From IMG/VR virus record IMGVR_UViG_3300033068_001747: a DNA stretch of 64,000 nt; one strand, 5' to 3'. Made by a program: the position numbers and the translations under genes. The notes beneath the pieces were generated by a model. That model saw nothing but the letters and a program-made list of their open reading frames with translations, was not told the origin of the DNA and ran no database searches. Position 1 is the first letter of the stretch. Each line of letters starts with the position of its first letter. Shown here piece after piece: positions 28,340 to 37,207 of the stretch. This DNA is from a virus. Its lineage: Duplodnaviria > Caudoviricetes.

Positions 28340-28421
28340 CTAAGTGTAAATGTCATTCTGTAATGTTGACAAGTTGGTACTTTTAGTATCCATCTTTAGT
28401 GTAATTAAAACACGACACTTC

Positions 28422-28534
28422 GGTCTGTTCGTCTAGTGGACGTTTACTGAACACAAAGCTTCGGCATTAAAGTAAAGTAAACAGGACTTCTCCCTTAGAA
28501 GGAGACAACGCGGGTTCGAATCCCGTACAGACTA
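28422..28534 (+). tRNA. tRNA-Glu-like RNA copy 5 with UAG (Leu) anticodon and ~40-nt D-loop insertion
   Basis: Same acceptor and T arm; TCTCC-CTTAGAA-GGAGA; GTTTACT...AGTAAAC inserted helix. Confidence 0.75.
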
Positions 28535-28554
28535 CAATGCTTGGTCGCCAGGTA

Positions 28555-28631
28555 GTTACATAGTTTAACTAAAACACGAAGTATCGCCTTGTTTGCGGTG
28601 AAGGATGTGAGTGTAAAATCTCGCTGTAACA
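28555..28631 (+). ncRNA. Degenerate tRNA-like structure
   Basis: GTTACA/TGTAAC + A; GTGAG-TGTAAAAT-CTCGC T-like arm. Confidence 0.4.
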
Positions 28632-28649
28632 CAAAAAAGTAAAAATAAT

Positions 28650-28720
28650 TTTGGTAGTTTAAACAACTTTTATTATCTTTGCTCTATAATAAAGACAAAA
28701 AGATTACGTTCTTTGAAAAT
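28650..28720 (+). promoter_or_regulatory. Bacteroidota-type promoter plus boxA-like antitermination element
   Basis: TTTG...TATCTTTG followed by GTTCTTTGAAAA. Confidence 0.6.
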
Positions 28721-29560
28721 ATTGTATTATCCAACTAGTCACTTCGGTGGTTAGTAAAATGATAATCGGCGGTGTATCGTCGTTAAATAAACTACGAAAG
28801 TAGGATAAAGTGGAATCAACGTTAAATGGTTCTGCGGCTCGTAAGAGCTCGAGTACACAAGTGGGATATCCAACGTCCTGATTAACCGAGGGCTTACGCT
28901 GTAGGTGAAATGGAATTTGGACTTGGCAATGTGGATTGTCGAGTTGATGTGGGAACACCAATAAGAATAACCCATAGGAACTCTGTAAGAAAGGTAGCTC
29001 CAACTATCTGATTGCGGGTTCCAATATAAAAGGCAACTTAAAACCGAAAGGTAAGGTAGAGAACAGGTGGTGCTGCTACTATCCCTACTAAATGTCTACC
29101 AAGACGTTAGTTTGAAGTTTTCTTGAAGTATGGAGGCTGGGAGGCTTCACGAAGGAGTTTAGTATTTCGTTGTTCAAAAGATAACGAAGCTTACGACAGA
29201 CCACTTCTTCGACACATCCACGAACACAAAAGCAATTTACATTTGAAGTAAAATTTAAACATAAAAAGCGAAAGTGTCTGTCAGGTTTCAACGAAAGTTG
29301 ACTACATACTTAGGAGCTGTTCCTAGGACGTCAAGACCGCAAGTTAAGACGTATTCTTGCCAAAAACCTCTAAGGGGTCGAACCCTTAATCAGACCGCAA
29401 GTTTGAAGAGAGTTGAGTAATAAGAGAGTAGTTGAAACCTCAAGAAGTGATTAGTCTAACTAATCGTCAATGAGAATTACAATCCAAAAGATTGTGGATA
29501 CGAAGAGAAACAATAATTCTTCAAAAGATTCTTACAAGATGGCATAATCTCAGCCTATTA
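28720..29560 (+). ncRNA. Large (~850 nt) structured ncRNA, GOLLD-like candidate
   Basis: Raised GC; no credible ORF; many GNRA/UUCG-capped hairpins; follows a tRNA cluster and boxA; terminator after. Confidence 0.65.
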
Positions 29561-29587
29561 TTTCTAAACAACAAAACACGTGAAACA

Positions 29588-29622
29588 AAAACCCTTTACT
29601 ATTGACAGTAAGGGGCTTTTTT
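29588..29622 (+). terminator. Intrinsic terminator after the large ncRNA
   Basis: ccctttact-attgac-agtaagggg followed by a T tract. Confidence 0.65.
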
Positions 29623-29692
29623 ATTTATAAAAATTATTTTAAACTTTTTCTACTCTGAGACTATAAGTCATGAACTAAAAATAATTTAAAAT

Positions 29693-30557
29693 ATGAAAAA
29701 ACTTCTAACTTTGGTTGCCTTACTAATGACAACAATCTTGTTTAGTCAAAACATCACACAATGGAACTTTGACAATATAAACCCAGCAAATGCAATGTTA
29801 CCTACTACAGGTACAGGAACTTTTACCACAATTGGCGGTGTTGTAGACAACCTTACTACAAATTTAATGCCAGCCGGAAATCCTTCAAGTGGTAAAGCGT
29901 ATAGTATTAAAACTTTCCCAACAACAGGAACATTATCAGGAACTGCAGGATTCCAATTTAATGTTAGTACATTAGGATATAATGACCTAATAAATGTCAC
30001 TTTTGATCCAAGAGGATCAGACACATCATCAAGATTTCAACAATATGAATATAGTATTGATGGAGGTACAACCTGGACTATACTAAGTAATAATGGTGGT
30101 ACATTAACGAACTCATTTACTACAACTCCAATGGTAACTTTAACTATGCCCACTAATGCAAGTAATCAGTCAGGATTTGCATTTAGAATTGTATCAATTT
30201 TTAATCCAATTGGGACTGATTATCTAGCAGGTAGGACCAACATCTACATATAGTACAGGTGGTGCTTGGAGAATCGACAACTTCACCGTTTCAAATGGCT
30301 CTTTAGTACTATCTACTAATCAAAATACTAAAATGGGTTTAATCGTTTACCCTAACCCAGTAAACAATGGCTTACTAAACATTCAAACAACTGATAACTC
30401 AGTTAAGAATGTTGTAGTTTATGATCTATTAGGAAAACAAGTACTTAGTACTTCAACTTCTAATACTGTTAACGTTTCTTCTTTAAAACCTGGTGTTTAC
30501 ACTATGAAAATAACAGAAGAAGATAATACAGGTGTAATGAAAATAGTTATTAACTAA
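29693..30557 (+). pseudogene. T9SS type A sorting-domain secreted protein, split by a +1 frameshift near 30230
   Basis: Signal peptide; frame resumes as VGPTSTYSTGGAWRIDNF...YPNPV (T9SS CTD) if one G is removed from GCAGGTAGG. Confidence 0.75.
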
Positions 30558-30582
30558 CAAAAAACAAAAAAAACAAAAAACA

Positions 30583-33105
30583 ATGAGGAAATTATTATTA
30601 ATTCTAATCGGACTTTTTAGTATGACGGTATCAGCTCAAACTAAAGAGAAAGTAGAGGACCAAACTACTAAAAAAGACTCGGTCGAAAATGTTAAAGAAC
30701 TACAAGAAGTTGTAGTTGTAGGTAGAGGAGTTATTGACCTAGCAAAAGAAAGAAAAACTCCTATTGCGGTTTCAACAGTAAAAGCGGTTGAAATACAAGC
30801 AAAAGTTGGTACAGCAGACGTTACACAAGCTTTGGTAAACACACCATCTGTTTATGTTGCAGGACAAGCTGGAGGTTTTGGTGACTCAAGAATCTCAGTT
30901 CGTGGGTTCCAACAAGACAATACTGCTTTCCTATTAAATGGTCAACCAATCAATGGTATGGAAGATGGTAAGATGTACTGGTCTAACTGGTCGGGTATGT
31001 CAGATATTGCAAATGCAATACAAATTCAAAGAGGTTTAGGTTCTTCTAAACTAGCAATCTCATCAGTCGGTGGTACAGTAAACTTTATTACAAGAGCAAC
31101 TGATATGAGACAAGGTGGATTTTCATCAGCAGGTGTTGCTAATGATGATTATTTAAAAACAACAGTTGGATATAATACAGGTATTATGGAAAACGGTTTC
31201 GGTGCAAGTGTTATGTTATCACATTGGCAAGGTGATGGTTATTTTGATGGAACAAAAGGTCAAGGTCAAAACTACTTTATCTCATTCGGTTATAAACCAA
31301 ATGCAAAACATAACTTTAACTTCTTAATTACTGGTGCACCACAGCAACACGATCAAAACTTCACAAAAAAGATTTCTGATTACTTAGGTTTCGGCAGAAG
31401 ATATAATAACAATTACGGTTATTTGAATGGTCAATATATATCAGAAAGAGTGAATTTTTATCATAAACCAGTTGCAAACTTTAACTGGGATTATAAAATA
31501 AACGATAAGCTAGACTTATCAACAGTTCTTTATGCATCTTGGGGTAGAGGTGGAGGAACTGGTAACTACGGTAGTGGGAAGAAAAGTGTTTCTCAATTAA
31601 ATCCTTATACAGGTCAAATGCAAAACACTTATATTGATTTTAATCAGATTTATGCTAATAACTCAGCAGATGCTGATGGTATTGGATCTAGTTCAAATTA
31701 TGCAATTAGATCATCTATGAATAATCATGAGTGGTATGGTATTGTGTCAAACTTAAAAAATAAGTTGAATGATAATTTAACATTAAACTTAGGAGTTGAT
31801 TTAAGAACATATAATGGTGATCACTATAGACAAATTACTAATTTTATGGGGTTAAATGGATGGACTGAAAGTAGATTTTTAAGAGATAATAATCATGTTA
31901 TTCCTAACCCAAATACATTACCAAGTGCAACCATTACAGTTAATCAATCATTTAGTACTAACCCGTGGTCTGCATTCTTTAATAAAGCAGATGATAGTCA
32001 AAAAATTGACTATGACTACAGTGAAACAATTTCTTACGGTGGAGTCTTTGGACAATTAGAGTATTCTAAAGATAACTTCTCAACTTTCTTTCAAGGAGCA
32101 GTTTCTAATCAAACACACCAAAGATTTGACTACTATGACTATCAAAAAGAATTTCAAAATTCTGAAAAAGTTTCTAATGTAGGATATAATGTAAAAGGTG
32201 GTGCCGCATATAACTTCAATGAAAAACACGTTGTTTATGGAAATGCTGGATATTACTCAAGACAACCATATCATGATAACATTTACTTAAACTTTACTAA
32301 CCAAGTAAACCCATTAACACAAAACGAGAAAGTTTTAGGACTAGAAGCTGGTTATACATTCAAATCAAAAGTTTTTACTACTAGCATAAACGCTTATAGA
32401 ACAACTTGGGAAGATAGAGTCGTAACTACATCAAATGTTCAATCTACAAATGGAGTTATTGGAACTACACCAGTTTCTGTAGGTGATGTCATCTTCACAT
32501 CCAATCAAGGTGTTAGACAAATTCATTCTGGTGTTGAGTTAGACTTTATATTAAAACCTGTTGCTAAATTAGATATTAAAGGATTTGCATCAGTTGGAAA
32601 CTGGGAATATAGTGGAAGTGCTACTAGTAGAAAATTTGATGAAAACTTAAATTTACTAACTGAAGCTGAAACAAATTTAGATGGTGGAAAAGTAGGTGAT
32701 GCTGCTCAAACAACTTGGGGATTAGGTGCTAAATATGAATTGTTAACAAGATTCTCTATTGATGCTGATTGGAGAAACTATGATAATTTATATGCAAATG
32801 TAGTTGCTAAAGATAACTTACAGTTACCTTCTTATGACTTAGTAGATATGGGTATATCATATAAAATGTTAGTAGGTAAAGACAAACAAAATTCTGTAAA
32901 CTTTAGATTAAATGTAAATAACTTATTTGATGAAGTTTATTTATCTGAGTTAACTTCTAATATTAAAACTGATGCATTTATCAGTGGAAACTCAGGACCT
33001 ACATATCAATCTGCAGGTAGAGTTTACAAAGGAATCGCTGATGGAAACCAAGGTTTCTTTGGATTTGGAAGAACTTGGAACTTAACATTAAGATATAATT
33101 TCTAA
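30583..33105 (+). CDS. TonB-dependent receptor
   Basis: Signal peptide, plug (TPSVY, VRGFQQ, QRGLGSS...GGTVN), C-terminal YNF. Confidence 0.93.
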   Translation: MRKLLLILIGLFSMTVSAQTKEKVEDQTTKKDSVENVKELQEVVVVGRGVIDLAKERKTPIAVSTVKAVEIQAKVGTADVTQALVNTPSVYVAGQAGGFGDSRISVRGFQQDNTAFLLNGQPINGMEDGKMYWSNWSGMSDIANAIQIQRGLGSSKLAISSVGGTVNFITRATDMRQGGFSSAGVANDDYLKTTVGYNTGIMENGFGASVMLSHWQGDGYFDGTKGQGQNYFISFGYKPNAKHNFNFLITGAPQQHDQNFTKKISDYLGFGRRYNNNYGYLNGQYISERVNFYHKPVANFNWDYKINDKLDLSTVLYASWGRGGGTGNYGSGKKSVSQLNPYTGQMQNTYIDFNQIYANNSADADGIGSSSNYAIRSSMNNHEWYGIVSNLKNKLNDNLTLNLGVDLRTYNGDHYRQITNFMGLNGWTESRFLRDNNHVIPNPNTLPSATITVNQSFSTNPWSAFFNKADDSQKIDYDYSETISYGGVFGQLEYSKDNFSTFFQGAVSNQTHQRFDYYDYQKEFQNSEKVSNVGYNVKGGAAYNFNEKHVVYGNAGYYSRQPYHDNIYLNFTNQVNPLTQNEKVLGLEAGYTFKSKVFTTSINAYRTTWEDRVVTTSNVQSTNGVIGTTPVSVGDVIFTSNQGVRQIHSGVELDFILKPVAKLDIKGFASVGNWEYSGSATSRKFDENLNLLTEAETNLDGGKVGDAAQTTWGLGAKYELLTRFSIDADWRNYDNLYANVVAKDNLQLPSYDLVDMGISYKMLVGKDKQNSVNFRLNVNNLFDEVYLSELTSNIKTDAFISGNSGPTYQSAGRVYKGIADGNQGFFGFGRTWNLTLRYNF

Positions 33106-33124
33106 TTATTATCCAAAAAATTTT

Positions 33125-33155
33125 AAAAAAGTCGAAACTTAGTTTCGACTTTTTT
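33125..33155 (+). terminator. Intrinsic terminator
   Basis: agtcgaaact-t-agtttcgact hairpin plus T tract. Confidence 0.7.
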
Positions 33156-33166
33156 ATATTATACAT

Positions 33167-33412
33167 ATGAGAGAAGAACTTTTACTACAATACGTAAATG
33201 AAATTAAGGAAATTTACGATGATAGATTAGTTTACATAGACTTTTATACAGAAATCGGACCTATCTTAAACATAAAATTTATTAGTTGTGATTATGAACT
33301 AGAATTAAATAGTTTACACTATACAGATTGTGATGGTGATCCTATAATAGAAAAATGTAAACAAATATTTATCAAATATAAAAGACATGAAACCTTAAAA
33401 AAATTACTTTAA
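33167..33412 (+). CDS. Hypothetical protein, C-terminal tag KRHETLKKLL
   Basis: ORF track. Confidence 0.6.
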   Translation: MREELLLQYVNEIKEIYDDRLVYIDFYTEIGPILNIKFISCDYELELNSLHYTDCDGDPIIEKCKQIFIKYKRHETLKKLL

Positions 33413-33430
33413 AAATTAAAAAAACTTATT

Positions 33431-33814
33431 ATGAAAAAACTTTTATTTACATTACTATTATTATTCTCATTTGCATTAGTATCAGCACAAACTGAGTTTA
33501 CCAGAATCTATACAAAGATCTGTACAATTGAAAAAGGTAAGGAACCAAAATGGAATGACGCAGAAAACAAATTTATCTTTAATTATCAAAATGATGCAAC
33601 TATCAAAATGATATTAAATAACGGCACTGTCAAATTCTTTGATCAAGTTACTGATTTAGTTGAAAATAAAACTGAAGGTGGTATTTCTTATCAAGGTGCA
33701 GAATTTAAAGAACAAGGAACCTCTTTTAAGGTCTACCTACAAATATTTGATGACGCAGACTATGGTACAAGAATCATTTTCACTAACGGTACAATGGTTC
33801 AATTTACAAACTAA
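33431..33814 (+). CDS. Secreted hypothetical protein
   Basis: Signal peptide. Confidence 0.65.
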   Translation: MKKLLFTLLLLFSFALVSAQTEFTRIYTKICTIEKGKEPKWNDAENKFIFNYQNDATIKMILNNGTVKFFDQVTDLVENKTEGGISYQGAEFKEQGTSFKVYLQIFDDADYGTRIIFTNGTMVQFTN

Positions 33815-33854
33815 TCTACAAAAATCTTGAATATATTAAAAATAAAGTACAAAA

Positions 33855-34100
33855 ATGGAACAAAAAGAACTTAACTACGGAATTATGCCAGGAGAAACTT
33901 GGCGACACTACAAAGGTGGTAACTACAAAATTATCACTCTAGCAAATCATACTGAAACTAAAGAACCTTTAGTTATTTATCAATCTATATCATTTGGATC
34001 AATCTATGCAAGACCTTTATCAATCTGGTGTGATACCGTTGAAAATAGAAGAGGTGGTTTGGAACCAAGATTTGTAAAAGTTGAAAGTGAAAATGAGTAA
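33855..34100 (+). CDS. DUF1653 family protein
   Basis: WRHYKGGNY...A.HTET.E.LVIY...YARPL. Confidence 0.85.
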   Translation: MEQKELNYGIMPGETWRHYKGGNYKIITLANHTETKEPLVIYQSISFGSIYARPLSIWCDTVENRRGGLEPRFVKVESENE

Positions 34101-35373
34101 GATAGATTTATTACTAGGTCTTCAATGGGGAGACGAAGGAAAAGGAAAAATTGTAGATGTTATTACATCAAAATATGACATAGTTGCAAGATTTCAAGGT
34201 GGTCCAAATGCTGGACATACAATCTACTTTGATGGTAGAAAACATGTTTTAAGAACTATACCATCAGGTGTATTCAATAAAAATACAATAAATATAATTG
34301 GTAATGGTGTTGTACTTGATCCAGTTGTATTTAAACAAGAAGTTGAAGAACTACTTAAATTTGATAAAACTATTAAAGATAGATTACTTATCTCAAGAAA
34401 AGCTCATCTTATTTTTCCAACACACAAACTTTTAGATGCTACATCAGAAGCAGCCAAAGGTAAAGATAAAATTGGCTCTACTCTTAAAGGTATTGGACCT
34501 ACTTATATGGACAAAACTGGTAGAAATGGTATCAGAGTTGGCGATTTAGAATTACCAGACTTCCATAAAAGATTTGCTAAGTTAGAAAAGAAACATGATG
34601 AACTAATTGATTGGGGTGTTATTGAACAATTTAACACTAACTATGATGATATGCAAGATGAATTTTTAGATGCAATTACTTATCTAAAACAATTTACATT
34701 TATCGATAGTGAAGAATATCTATTTCAAGCTCAACAACAAGGAAAATCAATTCTTTGTGAAGGAGCTCAAGGTTCTTTATTAGATGTTGACTTTGGTACT
34801 TATCCATTTGTTACTTCTTCTAATACAACTGCCGCAGGAGCTTGTACTGGTTTAGGAATTGCCCCTAATAAAATACAAGATGTGTTTGGTATATTTAAAG
34901 CATACACAACAAGAGTTGGTAGTGGTCCATTTCCAACTGAATTGTTTGATGAAACAGGTGAGAAAATGGCTAAAATTGGTAATGAATTTGGATCTGTTAC
35001 TGGTAGAGCAAGAAGATGTGGTTGGTTAGATTTAGTTGCGTTAAAATACACTTGTCAAATTAATGGTGTAACTGAACTAATGATGATGAAAGCAGACGTA
35101 CTATCAGGATTTGACAATATAAAGGTTTGTATAGGTTATAAATATAAAGGTGAAGTAATTACTCACTTTCCTTATAACATTGAACCAGAGAACTTAGAAC
35201 CTATCTATTTAGGGTTTAGTGGTTGGTCAGAAGACTTAACTGGAATTACAGATTATAAGGATTTACCAGATGAACTAAAAGAATATATAGAGTTTATTGA
35301 AAAAGAAACAGGAATAAATATAACACTTGTTTCTGTGGGTCCAGATAGAAAACAAACAATAAGAAAAAATTAG
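34093..35373 (+). CDS. purA: Adenylosuccinate synthetase
   Basis: GLQWGDEGKGK, GGPNAGHT, EGAQG, TRVGSGPFPTE, RRCGWLD. Confidence 0.97.
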   Translation: MSKIDLLLGLQWGDEGKGKIVDVITSKYDIVARFQGGPNAGHTIYFDGRKHVLRTIPSGVFNKNTINIIGNGVVLDPVVFKQEVEELLKFDKTIKDRLLISRKAHLIFPTHKLLDATSEAAKGKDKIGSTLKGIGPTYMDKTGRNGIRVGDLELPDFHKRFAKLEKKHDELIDWGVIEQFNTNYDDMQDEFLDAITYLKQFTFIDSEEYLFQAQQQGKSILCEGAQGSLLDVDFGTYPFVTSSNTTAAGACTGLGIAPNKIQDVFGIFKAYTTRVGSGPFPTELFDETGEKMAKIGNEFGSVTGRARRCGWLDLVALKYTCQINGVTELMMMKADVLSGFDNIKVCIGYKYKGEVITHFPYNIEPENLEPIYLGFSGWSEDLTGITDYKDLPDELKEYIEFIEKETGINITLVSVGPDRKQTIRKN

Positions 35374-35405
35374 GAATATAAAAAAATAAGTTATACATTT
35401 GCATT

Positions 35406-35450
35406 ATGAAAAATAGATTTAATTTTAATGTCCATTGTAGCCATAGATAA
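35406..35450 (+). promoter_or_regulatory. Putative His-containing leader peptide upstream of the hisS-like gene
   Basis: MKNRFNFNVHCSHR*, stop overlapped by a TAGCC...GGCTA hairpin; TACATTTG promoter element. Confidence 0.4.
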
Positions 35451-35495
35451 TATCTGGGCTATAAAACTATGTACAAAAAATTAAAACTAAAAACA

Positions 35496-36131
35496 ATGGA
35501 AATTAAATTAAAAAATACCTATAAAGGAACAAGAATAATATTTGCTGAAACTGCAAAAAGAAAAAGAACTATTTTGAACCAAATGATTGAAATACTTGAA
35601 TCATATGGTTACCAAGAAATGATGATTCCTGTCATTCAATTATCTGATACATTTGCTAAAAAAGTTGGTGAAGAAAACAATAACATGATGTACACTTTTA
35701 CTGATAGAGGTAATAGAGACATCTGTTTAGCACCAGAATATACTGCTGTTGTGCAACAACTTGCAAATGAAACATTCAAAATGACTAAAGATGTAAAACT
35801 CTTTTACATTGGAGAATGTTTTAGAGGCGAAAGACCTCAGGCATCAAGATGGAGACAATTTACACAATTTGGTGTTGAAGTAATCAATCCAAGAAAAGAT
35901 TACACAGATGAATTGTTAGAAATAGCAAAGAAACTTATTGAAATAGTCACAGATAACTATGAAGTTAATTTAGATGCAACTAGAGGACTTGACTACTATA
36001 CTGGTGGTAAAGGATTTGAGATTTCTTGTCCACAATTAGGTGCAGCCAAACAAATTTGCGGAGGTGGCTCTTATCAAGGAGGAGTGGGACTGGCTATAGG
36101 TGTGGATAGATTACTGAATTGTAACCAATAA
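35496..36131 (+). CDS. Histidyl-tRNA synthetase-like protein, catalytic core only
   Basis: LAPEYTA, FRGERPQ..RWRQFTQFGVE, RGLDYYTG, GGGSY, G.AIGVDRL; ends right after motif 3. Confidence 0.85.
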   Translation: MEIKLKNTYKGTRIIFAETAKRKRTILNQMIEILESYGYQEMMIPVIQLSDTFAKKVGEENNNMMYTFTDRGNRDICLAPEYTAVVQQLANETFKMTKDVKLFYIGECFRGERPQASRWRQFTQFGVEVINPRKDYTDELLEIAKKLIEIVTDNYEVNLDATRGLDYYTGGKGFEISCPQLGAAKQICGGGSYQGGVGLAIGVDRLLNCNQ

Positions 36132-36955
36132 GTATTTTTAACCCTTTTTTGTAAACCTCTACAACATAAAGATATTTTATATGGATCTAGATTGGTGAGT
36201 TTAGCTGCTTCATAGTAACTATTAAACTCACCAATTTTAGTACCATCCAAATAGAAACCTACTACCTTTGACTTCATTGAGTCATGTGATTTTATATTTC
36301 TTGTATTAATCTCTTCTTTACTTAGATAGTCTCCATGATTCTTAAATATATGAGATTTCACTATATTAAACTCTCCACTTATACAAAGTCTAATTGATTT
36401 TGCTTTAGTATTAGTTTCTCTTTCCGCTTCTCTTATAGACTTGAAGGTTTTTAAGAATTTACCATTCTTGTCATAAAAATCTACCTTTATACATCTTTTA
36501 CTATTTTTAAGTTTAAGTATTGTCTCTTCTGACAGTTTATTTCCTAAATTTATAGTTCTTAGTTTTTTCCTTGTCTCTTCACTTACTTTTTTACCAGTAT
36601 TACTAAGTCTAATCTTTTCTATTGTTTCTCTTGAACATCTAATTTTACCATAAGGACTTGTTGGTTCTATATTAAATCCAAAATTTTTATCATGTGTATT
36701 TAAAATATTACACCACCAGTTTTCCATACTAGGTAAAGATTCAATTAAGTAATCATCTATTATATCAAATGAAAAATTACCATTATATTTGTTCCAAGAA
36801 TTTTGCATATGTATATTAGGATGCCTACACTCTCTTAGCTGTGATTTATGTTTAGAAAGCCTTTCTTTACAATTTACACTCCTGCCTATATAGTGCTTAT
36901 TACTTGATAAACAAGTTATTATATAGATACCAGAAATTTTATTTTTATATGCCAA
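36074..36955 (-). CDS. GIY-YIG homing endonuclease with NUMOD-type DNA-binding repeats
   Basis: SGIYII...HYIGRS; SEETRKKL repeats; FKSIREAERE. Confidence 0.85.
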   Translation of the reverse strand: MAYKNKISGIYIITCLSSNKHYIGRSVNCKERLSKHKSQLRECRHPNIHMQNSWNKYNGNFSFDIIDDYLIESLPSMENWWCNILNTHDKNFGFNIEPTSPYGKIRCSRETIEKIRLSNTGKKVSEETRKKLRTINLGNKLSEETILKLKNSKRCIKVDFYDKNGKFLKTFKSIREAERETNTKAKSIRLCISGEFNIVKSHIFKNHGDYLSKEEINTRNIKSHDSMKSKVVGFYLDGTKIGEFNSYYEAAKLTNLDPYKISLCCRGLQKRVKNTYWLQFSNLSTPIASPTPP

Positions 36956-37207
36956 TTTATAAACATTTTATTTGTTATATATATAAATAATTACTATATT
37001 TGTAAGTAAATAAAAATAAAATTATGTTAGAAAATGCAATTATAAAAGACTATGAGTTAACATTAAAAGTAGATTTTGAATGTCCCATTGTGGTCACTTA
37101 CAAACATTAGAAATGAATGTATCAGCATATAGTTCAGTTGCAGAAGATCCAACTGATGATATGTGTGAAAAATACGAAGAGTTTTACTATTAAACAAATA
37201 ATAATAT

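Noticed and set aside
27039-28534. CRISPR array
   Set aside because: The repeats are promoters and tRNA-like bodies with irregular spacing; no cas genes in the window.
28704-29291. Minus-strand ORFs 28704, 28751 and 29088
   Set aside because: Shadow ORFs over the structured ncRNA, with atypical composition.
28720-29560. rRNA, tmRNA or group I/II intron
   Set aside because: No rRNA signatures, no tRNA-Ala-like ends, no interrupted host gene, and no clear intron core recognised by eye.
30251-30253. TAG read-through joining the 29693 and 30333 ORFs
   Set aside because: The two ORFs are in different frames; a single-base insertion explains the split.
37024-37193. Small zinc-ribbon gene
   Set aside because: Needs a frameshift near CP-H-CG and lacks the last Cys; probably a remnant and too weak to call.
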